A stretch of 64,000 nt of DNA from Monocercomonoides exilis PA203 (lineage: Eukaryota > Protista > Preaxostyla), in contig LSRY02000044.1 in assembly GCA_001643675.2 (NCBI GenBank), forward strand, positions 310,001 to 374,000. The letters run 5' to 3'. Below, piece by piece: positions 61,471-64,000 of this stretch. How positions within the stretch are numbered: the first letter of the stretch is position 1; every line of letters starts with the position of its first letter. The notes under the pieces are model-generated. The model was not told where the DNA came from and ran no database searches. It worked only from the letters and a program-made list of their open reading frames with translations. The position numbers and the translations under genes are program-made.

Positions 61471-62069
61471 TCGCTGTTTATTTTTTTCGCATTTTTGAAA
61501 ACTTTTTTGCATTAAAAACGCATTAGGATGATGCGTATCATATCCTTTTTCTCATTTGCCTTTGAAATCTCAACTTTTTTTGCAAAGTGAATAAAGACGC
61601 TTGATAAACAACAAGCATTGTTTGAAGAGAAAATTATCTCTTTGAAGGCATCTGCACAAACATAGAAATAAAAGTTGCATAACATGCATATCAATCCATC
61701 AGCCATTCCAAAAGATAGAAAAAAAAAAATTTAAGAAAGTTTCATCAAACACGAAAAACAGCCAATTTGCTCTGAACACAATCCAACATTACAGAAGATG
61801 GAAGAGTGATTTTGTAATAAATATATAAACATACAGAAGCAAAATAAAAATGGAAAAAATGTAAAAATGAAATTATAATACGCATCTAACAATCACAGCA
61901 ACAATCCCACCATCTCCACAAGCACTTTTTGCTCAAATGCACACTTTTCGTTTTTGAGCAAACTGTTTAAAAAAAGAATAACGCAAATACATATTTTCCA
62001 AAAACAGATAAAAAAATAAAATCCAAAAAAACAAAGAATACATATATATCACCCTTTTTTTCAGGGCAA

Positions 62070-62201
62070 CCACTGGTAATGCAGCTGCTCTGATATTTCC
62101 ATTCCACCAACAAAACACTTATTCAAAGCAACCTCATCCATATTTATTCATCCATATTTCCTTCATTTCCTCTTTCTGCTCGCCTTCATTCCCATTCCAA
62201 A
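62070..62201 (-). repeat. 132-bp 3' flank shared with 36179-36310
   Basis: I count 4 mismatches between the two flanks; similarity stops a few bases further out. Confidence 0.9.
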
Positions 62202-64000
62202 CTATTTCAAACTGCAACTGCTGCTGGTGCTTCCCTCATCTTTATCATCCTCATTATTCTCATTATCCTGCCCATTCGCTTCGCAATACATCAACGACTG
62301 AATCGCAACTGCATCCGAAACTGTCATGACAACCGCTTCTTTCGGAAAGCGCCCAAGAAACTCCCGCTTCAAATCTCCCAATGTCGGCCGCAGCCCTGCC
62401 TCACCCGACAGGCACTCCTTCACCACCTCTTCAAGGCTCGACTGCTCTTCCCCCATCCTCGGCCTCTCCCCACGAACAATCTTGTCTCCTGCAATCGCTG
62501 CCTCATACTCCCCAAACGGAATCTCCAGCGTCAGAATCTCCCACAGCATCATCCCAATCGAGAATGCCACTGAGCTCTTTGTTGCTCCCATCTTCCTGTT
62601 CATCTGCAGCTCTGGTGCCTTCCACCTCATACACTCCTTCCAGTTGTCTGGCTCATCCTCAAACGCTGATGAGGGCAGAGAGTCACTATCATCATCATCT
62701 TCATCATCATCATCACTTTCAGATGTCACAACAGTTGAGGAAGATATGGAGGATGAGTCTGAGTCATCATCTGACGAGCAGTCCGAATGCATCACAATAC
62801 AGATCACCATGTGTTCTGAGAATAGAACAATGTGCGGACTCAGATTGGAAAGAGAGGAAAGCGATACTTCCATTTCGTCAAATGAATGAAGTGCAAGATT
62901 AGCCACCCAGAACAGGATCTGGGCAGCTGTTTGCTCTCTTTGCTGAAGAGTGCCAATCGCCATCTCTTTCTTCTCATTCCTTCCATGCAGCAGCATGAAC
63001 AATGAATCCCTCAAGTCCACAATCAGCTTCTCATGAGGAGATGAACAGGCCATTGCATCCACCAGATTCGACATCGATGAGGTGGTCGGACACAGATCTT
63101 CCCCTCGAACAAACGTGGTTTCTGTGTCTGTGGATGAGATGGATGGAGATGGTATTCTCTTCCTCATCTCTTCTTCTTCTTCTTTCTCCAATGCCCATTC
63201 AGGAATCTTGTCTGAATCCTTTCCAAGAATATATTCTGTCGATCCACTTTCAGACAACAAATACTCTGATGATTCCGAGTGTGCCATCGTCTTCACAAAC
63301 ACTCTCTTCTTTGCGTTCTCTTCGTTCTTCTTCTCTTCTCTCCTCCACTGCGCCTCTGGTGACATCTCCATCGTCACCATCTCAAACGCCTTCGGATCCT
63401 TCTTGATGTTGTCATTCACAATCTCTCTCAGATCTTTGTTCTCATTTTTCGCTTTTCTCCATCGAATGGCCAGAACAATGGATGCAATCAGTACAACCAA
63501 TAATATCACGACCAACACAATCACAATCAACAACCAATAAGATTTCCCTTCTTTTCCTCCTTCAACAATTCTTTCATTTCCATTCGCCTGACTTTCACTT
63601 GCATTCTTCAGAATGAATGAATTTGTTGATGAAGGAGATTCTGCATTTCCAAACAAAATATGCACACTCACCTCAACATCATTTCCACAACTGCTGATGA
63701 GATCTTTTCCCACACTCCCTTCAACTTCTCTTTCTGACAAAAACCCATTTGAATCAAAATTATAATGATCAATCTCTTTCTCCTCTCCTTTTCTCTTCAC
63801 AACTGAGAATGACAGATTGCATGGAGCAAGAAGCATTCCTTTGAATGTCAGCTCCATTCTATCTGTCTCCTCTTTTGCTTCCACACTCTCCAGAACAGGA
63901 ATGAAGAATGATGAATCTCTCTCTGAAGCAATCCCTTCAAAATTGCACCCTTCATTCAACATCCAAAGTGATGTATTTCTTTCCCATCCATCTCCTCCTT
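62202..64000 (-). CDS. Second copy of the receptor pseudokinase family (3' part; runs off the window edge)
   Basis: Colinear with 36311-38150 and highly similar: same juxtamembrane region, TM helix, pseudokinase and GSTSSSCSLK* terminus. Confidence 0.88.
   Translation of the reverse strand, partial: GGDGWERNTSLWMLNEGCNFEGIASERDSSFFIPVLESVEAKEETDRMELTFKGMLLAPCNLSFSVVKRKGEEKEIDHYNFDSNGFLSEREVEGSVGKDLISSCGNDVEVSVHILFGNAESPSSTNSFILKNASESQANGNERIVEGGKEGKSYWLLIVIVLVVILLVVLIASIVLAIRWRKAKNENKDLREIVNDNIKKDPKAFEMVTMEMSPEAQWRREEKKNEENAKKRVFVKTMAHSESSEYLLSESGSTEYILGKDSDKIPEWALEKEEEEEMRKRIPSPSISSTDTETTFVRGEDLCPTTSSMSNLVDAMACSSPHEKLIVDLRDSLFMLLHGRNEKKEMAIGTLQQREQTAAQILFWVANLALHSFDEMEVSLSSLSNLSPHIVLFSEHMVICIVMHSDCSSDDDSDSSSISSSTVVTSESDDDDEDDDDSDSLPSSAFEDEPDNWKECMRWKAPELQMNRKMGATKSSVAFSIGMMLWEILTLEIPFGEYEAAIAGDKIVRGERPRMGEEQSSLEEVVKECLSGEAGLRPTLGDLKREFLGRFPKEAVVMTVSDAVAIQSLMYCEANGQDNENNEDDKDEGSTSSSCSLK

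Noticed and set aside
1-64000. CRISPR arrays, rRNA, tRNA, reverse transcriptase or a diversity-generating retroelement
   Set aside because: No regularly spaced repeat-spacer array, recognisable structural RNA or RT motif was seen by eye; a covariance-model scan was not possible.

Overview
AT-rich, intron-containing eukaryotic (protist) DNA read in the standard genetic code; genes end in TAA, TAG and TGA. The gene families, short GT-AG introns and poly-Ser/poly-Glu tracts resemble the oxymonad Monocercomonoides (inference, not a database result). By joining ORFs across GT-AG introns that preserve frame, I can rebuild about 12 genes: a giant ~2,940-aa APC2 cullin, Elongin A, a kanadaptin-like protein, RPA2, a UIM plus RING-H2 E3 ligase, a ~1,850-aa pseudokinase with a helical C-terminus, two copies of an intronless beta-helix-ectodomain / single-TM / pseudo-tyrosine-kinase receptor family, two lineage-specific helical proteins and two low-complexity hypotheticals. 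Accessory blocks (about 1-9.6 kb, 32.4-36.2 kb, 43.4-45.2 kb) hold decayed genes, a hAT-like and a Merlin (ISXO2-type) transposase relic, and a perfect 193-bp inverted repeat. The most notable signals are the receptor pseudokinase family with a conserved 3' flank, the APC2 expansion, the palindrome, and a 5' splice-site consensus with invariant +4 T. No rRNA, tRNA or CRISPR was seen. All homology calls come from motif recognition by eye.
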